60,584 bases of DNA, filler included, from Barthelona sp. PAP020 (GCA_040182905.1; 3 parts of 3 records of this genome joined end to end with filler, not necessarily neighbours in it); one strand, 5' to 3'. Shown: positions 8,939-20,415, counted from the first letter of the whole stretch. Translations and numbers: made by a program. Notes: a model not told the origin generated them from the sequence alone.

Positions 8939-11900
8939 ATGAAAAGTATCTTTTTTTATGGTTATGTGTGTGATTATGAGATGAATGAGTTATATAATAA
9001 GGCAATTGATATAATTGGAACAACTGTTGGAGAAATAAGTTCCACGAAATTGGTTGAACTGTTAAAAACATATGAAAAGAGATTTAATTTCAATAAAAAT
9101 GTTGAAAATTATTTATTAAAACATTTAATCAAAGAAAATAAAGATTATAAAGTGAGTATTTGTAAAGAAAAAGGTAAGTTCTTCTTTAAAGACTATATAG
9201 AGAAATTCAATGTTAATATTGCAGATATAATAAACGATATTGATTGTGAAATTATATTTGAAGGGTGTGATAAATTGAGATTTACGGGATTAGGTGTATC
9301 CCAAGAAACATTCTTAAATTGGAGTGATAAAAAAAAGGCTCTTTATGCTGGAATTATACAAAGTAAAGGAAATGGTGTTATGCAAAAGGATCTCAGTGCA
9401 CTTTGTTCTATTGATGTCAAAGAGGTTTCCAGATATCTGAAACAGTTTGAAACAGATGAATTGATTGTAAAAGTACCTTATAGATATCGAAGTACAAAAG
9501 ATGGGAAATATTTTGGGGGAAATACCTCCTATATTTATGGTGTTGACTTTTACAAGAAAGATAACGGAAATAGAAGAATAAACAATAAAAGGAGGATAAT
9601 GGATTTTATTAATCAGGCATTAAAAACTCAAGAGGTAGTATTTATAAGAGATATTACAAATTTTTCCAAGTTACCGATAAAATATGTACGTTCACAAGTC
9701 AATAAATTGAAAAAGGAGGGAATTATTGCTGCAGAAATGAAAAAAGTTGGAGGTAAATGGCTTCTTGTCATTTCTCTACCAAATGAAAATGAAAATGAAA
9801 GAATAAAGAGTGAAGAAATGGAAGAAACAGAGGAAAAGGATGACTTTGAAAAAATTAATGATGTTGAGGAAGAAGAAGATGAAGAAGAAGAAGATAATGT
9901 TGAAGAAGATGTTGATGAAGAATCAAATGAACAAGAAGATGAACAAGAAGATGTTGGATTGGAAGAAGCAGATGATGATGAACTTTCAACGACAGAAACA
10001 GAAACTTCATCAAAGATTGGGAAAAAAAAACTCAATGGATGTTTGGAAGAGACGATTATTCATCGTTTATTTTATTTTTTAAAAGCTAATATGGATGATG
10101 GTATCTTATTACCTGATTTAACGTATAGATTGGGTGTTCGAGTTAAAGTAGGTCGAAGATATATTGTAGAATTGGTCAAATATGGTCTTGTTGACTATAA
10201 TTATGAGTTACACACTAAATCAAAGGTAAGTCGTATAAGGCTAATTGATAAAGATGAAAACAATATCGAAACAGAAGGAAACAGACATAAGCCATTACAT
10301 TTAACGTTTCAACGAAGAATGGGCCTGATAATGAATATTATGAATAAACATAAAGTTTTAACTGCGTATAAATTGAAGAAATTGATCATAGAACACGAAA
10401 ACAAGAAGGAAAAAATGGATAGAAGAAGTTTAAGTCGTTTAGTCAACAGACTTTGTGATGATGAAGAGAAGTTAAGGATATCTAATTTTAGGTTCACTAA
10501 TGAAGTCGGAAAGGTGTCGAATTTTGCTCTAATAATGCTTAGTTCTTTAGATGAAGATTCAAAAGAGGTGCAAGAATGCATTCAAAAAATAAAAGAAGAT
10601 AATCTCAGAAAAGAAAGACCTCCTACAGTTAAGAACGTATTGAGTATTCCTGTTTCTTTGAAGACAATGGACACAAACCTTTTATCTGTCCCAAAACCAC
10701 TCCGAGTTTTGTTTGCTATTAGATATGGTTATATTGAGCCTCCAGCCTTACGACACAAATATTTACACATGATTTTATTCGAAAGATATGGCAATGAAGG
10801 GTTTACAATTGTGCAGTTGATGAATGAACTCACAATTAAAGATGCTCTTTGTCTTCATGTGTGTTATCAACCGTTTCCTGAAGGATATGAATTGGAAGAT
10901 TATATGGATCTTACTTTGGAAGAATTATCGCTCTTAGAGGAGGAGTATAGAACTGTTTTATCATATTCTTTGGGACTAACCAGTATACAAAACAGCATCA
11001 TGTTATCAATCAAGCGTTTACAATGTCTTAGCTTGATACAATTTGAACAAGACATGTGGAAGTTAAAGGAAAAAGTTAATTTTGCCACTTTTGTTGATAT
11101 TGATCTTTCTACTACTTGTTCGGTATCTACAAGTGATGCACAATGGAAAAAGAAGAATTTGAATGTTAATGCTAAGAACAATGTAAGTGGAATAGATCTA
11201 AATTTGAGGGATTTAGAAGAGATAAAATATTTTTGGAGGGAATTTGAACGAAATATTTCAGAAAATAATTTGCAATTAATTCAAAAGATCGGTTTTTTGA
11301 ATCGAAATTTTGGTAAAGTTGATTATTTCAATTATTGTATTAGTATTCGTAAAAAGGCCCTGACAACGTTGAGAAGCCTGCTGGAGAGTGAAAAGATTGA
11401 CAAAATGCCATCATTTAATGAATTAACCAAAATTTCACAGGTAACATTCGTGAAGAAAATTGGTGTAATTACTTTTTTACAAACCTTTTTGCCAAAATCA
11501 ACTTGGAATGTTAGACCTTCAACACATGATGATTTTGATCCAGATAATTTTTTTGTTTATTGGAAATTACCATACAGATTGGTTGAGGTTGAATCTCAAA
11601 CATATAGCTTGAAGACTTCAGGAAATACAAAAGTCAAAATACCTTTGAAAAATTTGAAAATTTCAAAAAATTCAAAGAATGTTCAAATTTTGGAATCATT
11701 AACTGAAAAGGAGAAGATTGCAATTTTGTTAGCCCCAAGTTTCTTTTTTGATGAAAAGAATAATGTTAGATGGAATTTTATTAAGCAATTCAAACAATTA
11801 AGTTCGTATCAACAACTATCTCATAATGTATTAAAAATGCGTTATAAAGTAGTAGTTGAAAACATGAGTAATCCAGCAAGATTTGGTCAATTAACGTATC

Positions 11901-13432
11901 TGATCAACAGAAGATTCAATGTGGAAAGAAATAGTCCTAAAGACAAAGAATCTTTTTCTCATTTGGCTCCATTAATATGTACAGAACAAGAATTTGATCG
12001 TGTTTTTGCAAAATGCACTGACATTCCTACCTTTTTGGATATTCTTGAAAAATATGTTGATACTGTTGATCTCTTTAAGTTTGATGAAAGAAAACATATT
12101 CGCCAACCATTATTTTCCAAACCTGAATCTTTTGAATACCATATGAAGAAGCATGGAATTAACAATTATTCATTGCTCTCAGCAATACTACAATATCACA
12201 CTTCGGTATATGACAGAACAAGCAAATTTCTGTTCAATCAATACATTGAACAATTTCCAGAAAACGATGTGAAAAACTGTGTTGATATGCTGCATTCGGT
12301 GGGTGCCATATTGGTTGAAAAAGCTATTGATCAAAAGGATTATGAAAATGAGGAAGAAGATGAAGAAGATGAAACTGAAGTGAACGGCCATTTACCACAT
12401 AAATTTAAGTCGAAGCTAAATACCATTGATTTAAAAGGCACAGAAATCACTTATAATATCCCAGAATACAAGCAAATGTTAACTCACATAAAGAATGATT
12501 GTTTATCTGATTTTGTGACACTTTTTGAAATACCTAACAATTTAATAACAAAGCCTGGGCTGTATAGCATTGCCACGTTGTTATTGAAGGAAAAAATAGA
12601 GCTTATTCCTGAAATGAGTCATGAAGGTGTCAATGCGTTGGAATCTACTTCTTTGACAAGATTATTAAACACAGATAAACCTAGCTCTCAAGCATTAGAT
12701 GTTTCTGAAAAGCTTCTTTACAGGCCTTGTTTACCAACAGCATACTCCTTTGATCAAATAGGCACGGTTCAACATATTGAAAGCAAAACCATGAAATATA
12801 CCTTTGAAGAATATAAAAACATTCAAAATCAAATTTTCCCTGAGTTTCAAGCTTTTAGGACCAGGCTAATTCCGGGCCAAAGAATTTCAGTCGACATATT
12901 GCAAAAGCTGTTTGATATTGACATTGATAAAGCCGTTGCCTTTTACTCCATGTTACAACTTCAAGAAGATATTCAAGAAACGCATGTTGGTATTGGTTCA
13001 TTCACTGGAAATTTTGTCAGAAACCGTTCATCTGAAGCAATTGATCAATCAAATACCAAAGAAAAGGAAAGTAACGTTAAGAACAACTCGTCAACTCCTT
13101 GCCATCTTGAATATTTTTCGATCTTTGAAAATCAAACATTTGGTATGAACAGTAGACTTTTTAACAAGGTACAATCAGCCATTTTAGGTTTAATATTCAA
13201 ATCCCCTCAAATTTCTTTCATTGAAATTCGACGATATTTGAATACAATGCCAAAAATTGAATTGTTAAAAGTTTTGCAATTTTTATTGGATAATGGCAGA
13301 ATAAAAGCGTTTCAACTGAAAATGGGAAGTTGTTCTTTATCATCATCAAAATTTCCATCGTTTAATGCCTTTGTAAATAATAATGTTATTGATGACAATA
13401 CCCGTTTCACCACTGGAAGTGTGTATTGTTAG
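8939..13432 (+). CDS. TFIIIC B-block-binding subunit (tau138/GTF3C1-like)
   Basis: Winged-helix B-block motif IIQSKGNGVMQKDLSALCSIDVKEVSRYLKQFE; MDRRSLSRLVNRL; about 1500 aa. True start may be the ATG at 8981. Confidence 0.72.
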   Translation: MKSIFFYGYVCDYEMNELYNKAIDIIGTTVGEISSTKLVELLKTYEKRFNFNKNVENYLLKHLIKENKDYKVSICKEKGKFFFKDYIEKFNVNIADIINDIDCEIIFEGCDKLRFTGLGVSQETFLNWSDKKKALYAGIIQSKGNGVMQKDLSALCSIDVKEVSRYLKQFETDELIVKVPYRYRSTKDGKYFGGNTSYIYGVDFYKKDNGNRRINNKRRIMDFINQALKTQEVVFIRDITNFSKLPIKYVRSQVNKLKKEGIIAAEMKKVGGKWLLVISLPNENENERIKSEEMEETEEKDDFEKINDVEEEEDEEEEDNVEEDVDEESNEQEDEQEDVGLEEADDDELSTTETETSSKIGKKKLNGCLEETIIHRLFYFLKANMDDGILLPDLTYRLGVRVKVGRRYIVELVKYGLVDYNYELHTKSKVSRIRLIDKDENNIETEGNRHKPLHLTFQRRMGLIMNIMNKHKVLTAYKLKKLIIEHENKKEKMDRRSLSRLVNRLCDDEEKLRISNFRFTNEVGKVSNFALIMLSSLDEDSKEVQECIQKIKEDNLRKERPPTVKNVLSIPVSLKTMDTNLLSVPKPLRVLFAIRYGYIEPPALRHKYLHMILFERYGNEGFTIVQLMNELTIKDALCLHVCYQPFPEGYELEDYMDLTLEELSLLEEEYRTVLSYSLGLTSIQNSIMLSIKRLQCLSLIQFEQDMWKLKEKVNFATFVDIDLSTTCSVSTSDAQWKKKNLNVNAKNNVSGIDLNLRDLEEIKYFWREFERNISENNLQLIQKIGFLNRNFGKVDYFNYCISIRKKALTTLRSLLESEKIDKMPSFNELTKISQVTFVKKIGVITFLQTFLPKSTWNVRPSTHDDFDPDNFFVYWKLPYRLVEVESQTYSLKTSGNTKVKIPLKNLKISKNSKNVQILESLTEKEKIAILLAPSFFFDEKNNVRWNFIKQFKQLSSYQQLSHNVLKMRYKVVVENMSNPARFGQLTYLINRRFNVERNSPKDKESFSHLAPLICTEQEFDRVFAKCTDIPTFLDILEKYVDTVDLFKFDERKHIRQPLFSKPESFEYHMKKHGINNYSLLSAILQYHTSVYDRTSKFLFNQYIEQFPENDVKNCVDMLHSVGAILVEKAIDQKDYENEEEDEEDETEVNGHLPHKFKSKLNTIDLKGTEITYNIPEYKQMLTHIKNDCLSDFVTLFEIPNNLITKPGLYSIATLLLKEKIELIPEMSHEGVNALESTSLTRLLNTDKPSSQALDVSEKLLYRPCLPTAYSFDQIGTVQHIESKTMKYTFEEYKNIQNQIFPEFQAFRTRLIPGQRISVDILQKLFDIDIDKAVAFYSMLQLQEDIQETHVGIGSFTGNFVRNRSSEAIDQSNTKEKESNVKNNSSTPCHLEYFSIFENQTFGMNSRLFNKVQSAILGLIFKSPQISFIEIRRYLNTMPKIELLKVLQFLLDNGRIKAFQLKMGSCSLSSSKFPSFNAFVNNNVIDDNTRFTTGSVYC
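9810..9980 (+). repeat. Low-complexity GAA/GAT tract encoding an acidic Glu/Asp stretch
   Basis: gaagaagaagatgaagaagaagaagat... inside the TFIIIC ORF. Confidence 0.8.
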
Positions 13433-13524
13433 ATAAGAATGAAAAGAGATATGTAATATGTATATATGTAAATGTAATTACTTGTACTTTTTTTTTTAGT
13501 TTAAATTCAACATTTTAATGTTTA

Positions 13525-14898
13525 ATGACAACATTTCCAGAATTACAGAATCTATTTGAAAAAATTGAAGAACAATATAATGTTTTAAATGAACAAAAAG
13601 AATATTACAAAAAAAAATATCAACAACTTTCTGTTGAAGCTAATGTAACACCTTTGGTTACCGAAAAGATAAATTTGAAATCCATTGGTGGTCCTGAAAG
13701 AACATTTTCTAATTTATTATCTTCAAATTCTCTACCTTCTCTCAAAGAAATAAATATATACAATGATAAGCCCAATGAATTTATTTTACCCCCTAACATT
13801 ACCCAATATTTTAAGAACATTTCAAATGATGCTTCTATTAGTCTTACTAGTATTTTCAAAAGGTCTTTTATGGTCGGTCCTAAATCTGATATTAAGAAAC
13901 AATATGGTGGACATAGAGATGCTGTTTGCTCATTATGTATTTCATCGAGTGGCTGTACAACAGAACCTATTTTAGGTTCTGGATCGTCGGACATGAACTG
14001 TCTGTTATTTTCGCCACATGGATTATTATTATCTGCCTTGGTTGGACATAAGGGAACTGTTTCATCAGTATCATTTCATCGCTCCCAACCACAAGTTTTG
14101 ACTACGTCGCATGACGGGCGAGCTTGTGTTTGGGAGTTACCCCCTCATGTAATTGATAGTCGTACAGACGAACCAACAGACTTACCTGAATGGGATGAGG
14201 TTATTGAAGAAGTTAATCCACATTGTACCGTGGAACAAACAGATATTAAGGAAACAATCTTTTCAGTATCAGGTAGTTCAATTACCTGTGGACAATGGAT
14301 GGATGACATGATTGTGTTCGGGGATAGCACAGGAAGTGTTAAAGTATACGACATTTTTGATGATCAAAAGCCTGCTTTGACATTGAGTCACGCTTCTTCC
14401 ATTGCATCAATTGATTACATGGCACCACATTACATTGCTACAGGGTTACAAAGCGATAAAACCATGACAAATCCTTCTGGAAGAGTTTCAGTGTGGGATG
14501 CAAGGGCTGCGTCTCATGTCAATGGCACCTCAATTTCTGGCGATGTTGTTGGGATTTCTACTTTTATGGACAACCTTTGTGTGGTGTCATCAGATAAATT
14601 GCTTCATCTTTACGATTGTAGAAGAATGAATCAGGCAATTTCAGTCATCAATTTACCAGGTAGACCGGTGGATGTATCAATTCATCAAACAACAGGTGAT
14701 ATTGCCTGTGCAATGTTTAATTATTTGGTTGTTTATCGTCAAAGCAGTCAAGAACTGATACCAAACATAATTTTCTCTGATTTGGAAGGAAGTGGACACA
14801 CGATGCCAGTTTCATCTTTATGTTGGGGCAGTGATTCGATATTTACAGGTGGTTATGATTGTTTGATTTATGAATGGCCGCTTATCAATATTCTGTAA
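13525..14898 (+). CDS. WDR37: WD40-repeat protein, WDR37-like
   Basis: N-terminal coiled coil LQNLFEKIEEQYNVL followed by WD repeats (GHRDAV, GHKGTVSSVSFH, VWDAR, GHTMPV...GGYD). Confidence 0.7.
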   Translation: MTTFPELQNLFEKIEEQYNVLNEQKEYYKKKYQQLSVEANVTPLVTEKINLKSIGGPERTFSNLLSSNSLPSLKEINIYNDKPNEFILPPNITQYFKNISNDASISLTSIFKRSFMVGPKSDIKKQYGGHRDAVCSLCISSSGCTTEPILGSGSSDMNCLLFSPHGLLLSALVGHKGTVSSVSFHRSQPQVLTTSHDGRACVWELPPHVIDSRTDEPTDLPEWDEVIEEVNPHCTVEQTDIKETIFSVSGSSITCGQWMDDMIVFGDSTGSVKVYDIFDDQKPALTLSHASSIASIDYMAPHYIATGLQSDKTMTNPSGRVSVWDARAASHVNGTSISGDVVGISTFMDNLCVVSSDKLLHLYDCRRMNQAISVINLPGRPVDVSIHQTTGDIACAMFNYLVVYRQSSQELIPNIIFSDLEGSGHTMPVSSLCWGSDSIFTGGYDCLIYEWPLINIL

Positions 14899-15232
14899 TA
14901 TAAATATCTTGTAGTTTCTTTGATTTTTTTTTTCACTCCATATTTCATATTTTGAAAGCATTAAAGGTTCTAATATGGGTTTTGAATGAATGAATAAATG
15001 TCGGGTTTCTTTTCTTGAAGTAATTTCTGTATTCAAAATTTTATTCTGTAAACCCTTCATTTCTTCCAATTTTTATGTTATTCAACATCAATTTTGTTTG
15101 AATTATATTTTAAAAACAGAAAAAAACAGAAAAAAGATGAAAAAAAAAAAATGTCTGAATTATAATCATTATTTACATCACTCAAAATGACTCTACCAAA
15201 AAAAAAATTTGTAATATCGCTATATATGACAA

Positions 15233-17104
15233 CTAAAATGCTTGAGACATCATAAAAGTATGAGGCTCTTCCATATCTTCATTTGGACTTAATTGAGTAC
15301 CATATAATTGTGTATCAGTTAAGTTATAAATGTCACCAATGTCTTCTTTTTCGTTAAGCATTGTTTCTTCCATTTTTGGATCCTTTTTCATGTCTTCTTC
15401 GACAAATTGTGGTCTGTCGAACTTCACTTGATGTTCGTGTGTAATCGAGGAATCATCAACAGGTGACACTTTACCATCATCTTCTTCTTCATTTATACTT
15501 TCTTGAACCTCACACGTGTCATTGTTTTCACCAGAATTTGAACCAGAATTTGAAAGGTCTGTCTTGGTTGATGCAATTGGAACGTTACCTTTTGCTTTAC
15601 CTTTTCTTTTTCGAAGACCAACAGTTCTTACAGGGGGTCCATCTTCCTTTTTTGGAATCAACTCCATCAAATGTTCCTTGTGTCCAAGTTTTAGCATGTG
15701 TTCATCGCAAAAAAACTGCCTACCGACTTTAATTACATGATCTGTAAATATGTCTTTTGCCATAGTTTGTGTTAAAGAGGGGATTCTTCTTGGGTTGTCA
15801 ATATTTACAGTAGCTTCGCTATTTTTGGAAAGTTCCGCTAAATAAGTGCAATAGTCTCTAATAATCTTATGTTTAGAGCCTTCTTTTCCATGAATATACT
15901 CAATAAATAGATCAAGCTCGTACGAAAATAAATCTTCAGCTTTGATAATGATCTTTTCCTTTGGACTCTTGGGGCTTTGAGGACTTTGAGGGCTTATAGG
16001 ACTCATGGGACTCATGGGACTCATGGGACTAGGTCCCAATATTTCCATAGAGTTTTGAGGGCTTCGTGGACTTGATGGTTTTTTTCTCTTTTGAAAGGAT
16101 TCAACCTCTTCAATGGTCACAGAATTTACAGGGTCATAATCTTGCACAACGAAGAAAGGCAAATGCATAAGAGACATGGCTAATTTTCCCCACTTTGGTG
16201 CATTTACCTGATAATTCTTAAACTCATCAATGAACTCCTTTCTGTTTGGCTCATTAGTTCGATTCTCGTTGTGTTTAAAAGGTAACTCTTCTGGCTCCTC
16301 ATATAACTCAGGGTATTGGTCAATTAAATTCTCAACTCGTGCTGAAGAATTGGAACCCTTGATTTGGGGTACAACACAAATTGGCATTCTAGACACAACA
16401 GGAATCTTCTTACTCGAGGTCTTTTCACTCAAATTAATATTTTCCCCATCTGCTTCTTCATCAGACAAGTATCCATCTGCAACAACAAATTCATCATCAA
16501 CAGAATCAGCATCTTCATCCTCAGAATCACTAGAAACAGGACCATCAACATCAGCCTCTCCACTTAAATTTGTGGGTATGTATTCAACACCAGAATCATT
16601 ATCATAATCAAGAAGAGGTTCTTGAAGCAAAGGATTCAGTGGAGTGACAACAGAACTTTCAAAAGTATTTGTTCCCCAAAAAGGTGGACGTGTGTTCTCA
16701 TGAAATTGAAAGAATTTGAAATAGGCTAGATTGTCGTTAACTCGATAAATTTTTTTATTTACAAATAGAATTTGGTTAGAAATCTTATTCTCTTTAATTT
16801 CTGTGCAAAATTCACTTGTTAAATCTTTAATGGGCAAATTTGCTCTGGAAAAAATATTGTCAAAAATTAGATCTTGTTTTTCTTTAGCTATTAATTCTGG
16901 TTCATGTAATATTGTATCTTTTGTAAAAGTAGGCTTGATTTGTTGTTGAAACCAAGTATTTTCATCGGGTTCATTTTCCAAAATTATGGTATTTTCAATT
17001 TTTTCCTCTTTGGGTTCAATATTCGATTTTGTAGAACTAAAGAAGGACAATATACTCGGACTAACTTCTTTTTTTGTCTTTTTTTTTGATTTTGTTCCAC
17101 CCAT
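15233..17104 (-). CDS. CHAF1A: Chromatin assembly factor 1 large subunit (CHAF1A/Cac1-like)
   Basis: KFFQFHENTRPPFWGT...PLNPL...LDYDNDS and DDEFVVADGYLSDEE match the CAF1A domains; PIP-like SPSILSFF. ATG at 17104 (MGGTKSKKK) is preferred over 17167. Confidence 0.8.
   Translation of the reverse strand: MGGTKSKKKTKKEVSPSILSFFSSTKSNIEPKEEKIENTIILENEPDENTWFQQQIKPTFTKDTILHEPELIAKEKQDLIFDNIFSRANLPIKDLTSEFCTEIKENKISNQILFVNKKIYRVNDNLAYFKFFQFHENTRPPFWGTNTFESSVVTPLNPLLQEPLLDYDNDSGVEYIPTNLSGEADVDGPVSSDSEDEDADSVDDEFVVADGYLSDEEADGENINLSEKTSSKKIPVVSRMPICVVPQIKGSNSSARVENLIDQYPELYEEPEELPFKHNENRTNEPNRKEFIDEFKNYQVNAPKWGKLAMSLMHLPFFVVQDYDPVNSVTIEEVESFQKRKKPSSPRSPQNSMEILGPSPMSPMSPMSPISPQSPQSPKSPKEKIIIKAEDLFSYELDLFIEYIHGKEGSKHKIIRDYCTYLAELSKNSEATVNIDNPRRIPSLTQTMAKDIFTDHVIKVGRQFFCDEHMLKLGHKEHLMELIPKKEDGPPVRTVGLRKRKGKAKGNVPIASTKTDLSNSGSNSGENNDTCEVQESINEEEDDGKVSPVDDSSITHEHQVKFDRPQFVEEDMKKDPKMEETMLNEKEDIGDIYNLTDTQLYGTQLSPNEDMEEPHTFMMSQAF
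15960..16030 (-). repeat. 9 bp imperfect tandem repeat encoding (S-P-x)n
   Basis: ggactcatg x3 plus variants; translates as SPMSPMSPMSPISPQSPQSPKSPK. Confidence 0.85.
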
Positions 17105-17271
17105 TCCCAAGAAAAAGAAAAAAAATTTCTTTTCCTTTTTGTCCTTTATTTTTTCAACTAAAATCATTTTTTTTTAATATAAAAAACCATTTTATCAATT
17201 TTATAATTAAATTATAAAAGAAAAAATGAAAAGGAATAATTTTATTTTGACAAATTTTTTTTTTTAAAAAG

Positions 17272-19356
17272 ATGATGTATCAATTTAAATATGTTATTGG
17301 ATCGCTTTTAATTGCTATTTTCTTTTCAAATGTGTATTGTTTTTCTTCGACAACCATTACTTCTTTAAATGCTTTGACTATTAATGGTGATAAAAGATTT
17401 TATATGAATATTGGTGAAACAATATCAAAATCTTCGATTGGAATTTTGAATTTGACCATACCTTCAAATGAAATGAATCGACGAAGGTTTATACAATTTT
17501 CATCATCCTTTAACTTGGCTAATATAAACGTTACTCAGTTTTTCAATTTAACTTATGGCTCAACGCTTATAAAATACACTGATAATTTGCCTGAAACAAT
17601 TATTTTTGATTCAAACAATTTGACCGTCAATATTTCTTTTGACTTTAGCAAAATTTTTATGTTGAATAATGCTTTAAATCCCTTTTATATCACTATTGGT
17701 ACTGAATTATGCTCAGGGAACTTTAGTCTTCCAAAGACATCTGATTCATATATCATTAAAGGTTATCAAGGTATTTTACAGCAATTTAACTTAATATTGC
17801 CAGTGGGTATAACGAAGGCGTTGTTTAAAATGACTCTTGAAGATATTTCAACAAGCTCTTCAGTTGACTGTTTTTGGATGGATTTTTTCGGGGAAAATAG
17901 ACATATATTACCATATAAGTACTATTATTTTAACCAAAAAACTGCTTTAAGTTATCAAGTTGAAGATACTACTGGAAAACGACTGTTTTCTTTTAATTAT
18001 ACTGTAGAATCAATCAACGACAATGTAGTGGAACTTTCACAACCAACTTATGAACTTCAAACTCCTGGAAATTATCTTTTCTTAATAAAACCGAACACTT
18101 TTAGCAACATCAATGGTGTCATGTTCAAGAAATCACAAGAGATCTTCACCAATAATCAGACATATCGTTTATTTAAGCTTGAAGTCAATTCTATGTTGAC
18201 AAATGGCAACTGTTTGGGCTTTCCCTATGATAGATTTTCCCCTGATCCAACAATTTTTTGTAAAGGGTATTCGTATTATGGCCATATTCGTATTCAAGTC
18301 TTGACTACACCAGTTATTTTTGATTCATTGACAACATGTCAGATAAACAGTGGCAGAAAGACATACTGTGTCCAAATTGGATCAACTGGCAACTATATAG
18401 TCTCCTCATGGAACCTTGGTGCTTTGGCTGAACAATATGATGTTTCTTCGTCAGGTGTATATACTTCCTTGGATGTTGGTATTGGGGTGATTAATTATGC
18501 TGTTGGCAATACTTATCTTTATAGAAGTTATTTTAAACATAGCACTGCAGGTGTTTTGAATGTCGAACACCTTCGTAACAATGAGAAATCCTATATTGTT
18601 GCTGCAAATGGGTACTTTCGATTGGTACCACCAAATACCCCTTCAACTATCCTGGGCTTCTATTACGCTTCTTCATCTCACAGTAATCAGGCTGTTTATG
18701 TGTATCGTCAGCCACAATCCTCTATGACTCTGTATGCAGCGTTGTCCACAACAAGTATGTATGACAATGACACATTAATGGTTTCAGCCTACCCTAAAAC
18801 ATGTCCTGAAGAGGTTAGCGCAGATGGGTTTTATTCGCTACCTACTGCAATCAACACGTATTCCTTCAAAGTCAAATCAATCAAGCACTATGGATTGATC
18901 AGTTGGAAATCTGAATATTCTGTTTGCATGAAGATTTGTTTGAGGAATGGATGTTACAAAAGATGCTCTAGTACTGTCATCTCAAGTGTAATGGCTGATT
19001 CCTTTATAATTCCTCCTTTTGAAAATGCACAAATCACACTAAGTGCTTCTTATTCCATTAAGTTCATATACCAAATAATCAACACACTTTTGATTGAAAA
19101 CTGTGACGTTGGATATGGTTACCGAACGATTACTGGATGTGAATCTATTCTTTGCAGGTATGACACTTATCCCACTGCATCATGCGCCAAAACTTTAACA
19201 AGTAGTGATGATGAATTGGATTCTAGCACCTGGTTTTTAGTTTTAGGCATTATTGGTTTTTATGGTGGTATTCCTTTATTGGTATTGATATGCAACTTTG
19301 AGTGGAGCGAGGTCGAATTTGAAATGGAAAGAATCAAGAAACGCAGACAAAAATAA
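17272..19356 (+). CDS. Orphan type I membrane/surface protein
   Basis: Signal-peptide-like N-terminus, Ser/Thr/Tyr-rich ectodomain, Cys cluster near the membrane, TM segment WFLVLGIIGFYGGIPLLVLIC, short basic tail. Confidence 0.75.
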   Translation: MMYQFKYVIGSLLIAIFFSNVYCFSSTTITSLNALTINGDKRFYMNIGETISKSSIGILNLTIPSNEMNRRRFIQFSSSFNLANINVTQFFNLTYGSTLIKYTDNLPETIIFDSNNLTVNISFDFSKIFMLNNALNPFYITIGTELCSGNFSLPKTSDSYIIKGYQGILQQFNLILPVGITKALFKMTLEDISTSSSVDCFWMDFFGENRHILPYKYYYFNQKTALSYQVEDTTGKRLFSFNYTVESINDNVVELSQPTYELQTPGNYLFLIKPNTFSNINGVMFKKSQEIFTNNQTYRLFKLEVNSMLTNGNCLGFPYDRFSPDPTIFCKGYSYYGHIRIQVLTTPVIFDSLTTCQINSGRKTYCVQIGSTGNYIVSSWNLGALAEQYDVSSSGVYTSLDVGIGVINYAVGNTYLYRSYFKHSTAGVLNVEHLRNNEKSYIVAANGYFRLVPPNTPSTILGFYYASSSHSNQAVYVYRQPQSSMTLYAALSTTSMYDNDTLMVSAYPKTCPEEVSADGFYSLPTAINTYSFKVKSIKHYGLISWKSEYSVCMKICLRNGCYKRCSSTVISSVMADSFIIPPFENAQITLSASYSIKFIYQIINTLLIENCDVGYGYRTITGCESILCRYDTYPTASCAKTLTSSDDELDSSTWFLVLGIIGFYGGIPLLVLICNFEWSEVEFEMERIKKRRQK

Positions 19357-20214
19357 TATTTCGTTTTAATTCTTTTGAGCTTACATTAACCAATGCCACC
19401 AATCTTGTATTTAGTTTTTGAAGTCAATAAATATGTCTTTTATATTTGTTTTGTGTGTGAATTCACCTTCAAGAATGATCAAGGTCTTTTTTGGAAATTT
19501 GAAAAGTTTTATAAACTTGATTGAATGAAGATGTAAAACAGAAAAATATTAACACACTTGAAAGACAAAGAAAAAGAACAAAGTTTCTTTAAATGTTCAT
19601 ATTTGCAAAAGAAGTGCAGCAAGTATTTCAAGAAAGGCAAATCAAAAAAGAAAAGGTAGAAATCATTTTTTTGAGGCAATCATCATCCTATATTGGCCTA
19701 AACAAGTTTCGATATTTTAAGATTACAAAATTTTTAATATTTGAATATTTTCAGCTTGTACAGGTTTCAAAACTTATATGAAGAGATTAACAGTTTACGC
19801 TTGAAATATATCAATGTGGAAGGGAAATTTGGCAAGTGGCAAGGAAAATAAAAATTTCAAACTTTCAAAAGTTTTCAAAAGGTTTCAACACAAAGTTTTA
19901 CTCAATTTACAATTTCATTTTGTTGCTGTGTCAATCTAGTCTTCAGTGAACTCTTTTTTTTTTTTGTAAGAATGAAAGAGAGTTCAATCTGCTAACATCT
20001 CAACCACAACCCTCGACTCCTAGGAGTTGGATATAAACTGTTCAGAAATTAACTTGGCAACAAGAAAAATTTCACCGAACGAAGACGCAAAGGAAGAACT
20101 GACCAAAATACTCCTGCATATAAAGCTAATAATCCCACAAGAAAGAAAATTTTAAATCTGGAAAAGAGGAGATCAAAACAATAAGAATTTTATTTTCTAA
20201 AGAACCGCACCTCT

Positions 20215-20314
20215 NNNNNNNNNNNNNNNNNNNNNNNNNNNNNNNNNNNNNNNNNNNNTTAATTAATTAANNNNNNNNNNNNNNNNNNNNNNNNNNNNNN
20301 NNNNNNNNNNNNNN
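20215..20314. other. Artificial contig spacer (N44-TTAATTAATTAA-N44)
   Basis: Six-frame stop linker flanked by N runs. Confidence 0.98.
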
Positions 20315-20415
20315 CCTAAATTCCCCTCCTGGGATTTTGACTGAAATTTGCTAGAATGAGTTTTCTGAGTTTACTTTCTTTGTAAATAAATATAGTTGTT
20401 TCACAACTGGACCAA
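20315..20415 (-). repeat. Copy of the dispersed repeat end, truncated by the contig start
   Basis: 97 of 101 nt identical to 43040-43140 by manual alignment. Confidence 0.93.

Noticed and set aside
9628..10082. Ser-rich antisense ORF and Lys/Met-rich alternative-frame ORF
   Set aside because: Shadows of the GAA/GAT acidic tract in TFIIIC. The many other short antisense ORFs in the track are likewise shadows of real genes.
19780..20214. Slightly GC-richer non-coding stretch at the contig end, possibly a transposon remnant
   Set aside because: No ORF, terminal repeat or second copy found in this window.
20215..20314. TTAATTAATTAA palindrome within N runs (also 40457-40556) as a biological motif
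   Set aside because: Identical synthetic six-frame-stop linker. Segment lengths 20214, 20142 and 20028 descend, consistent with size-sorted concatenated contigs.
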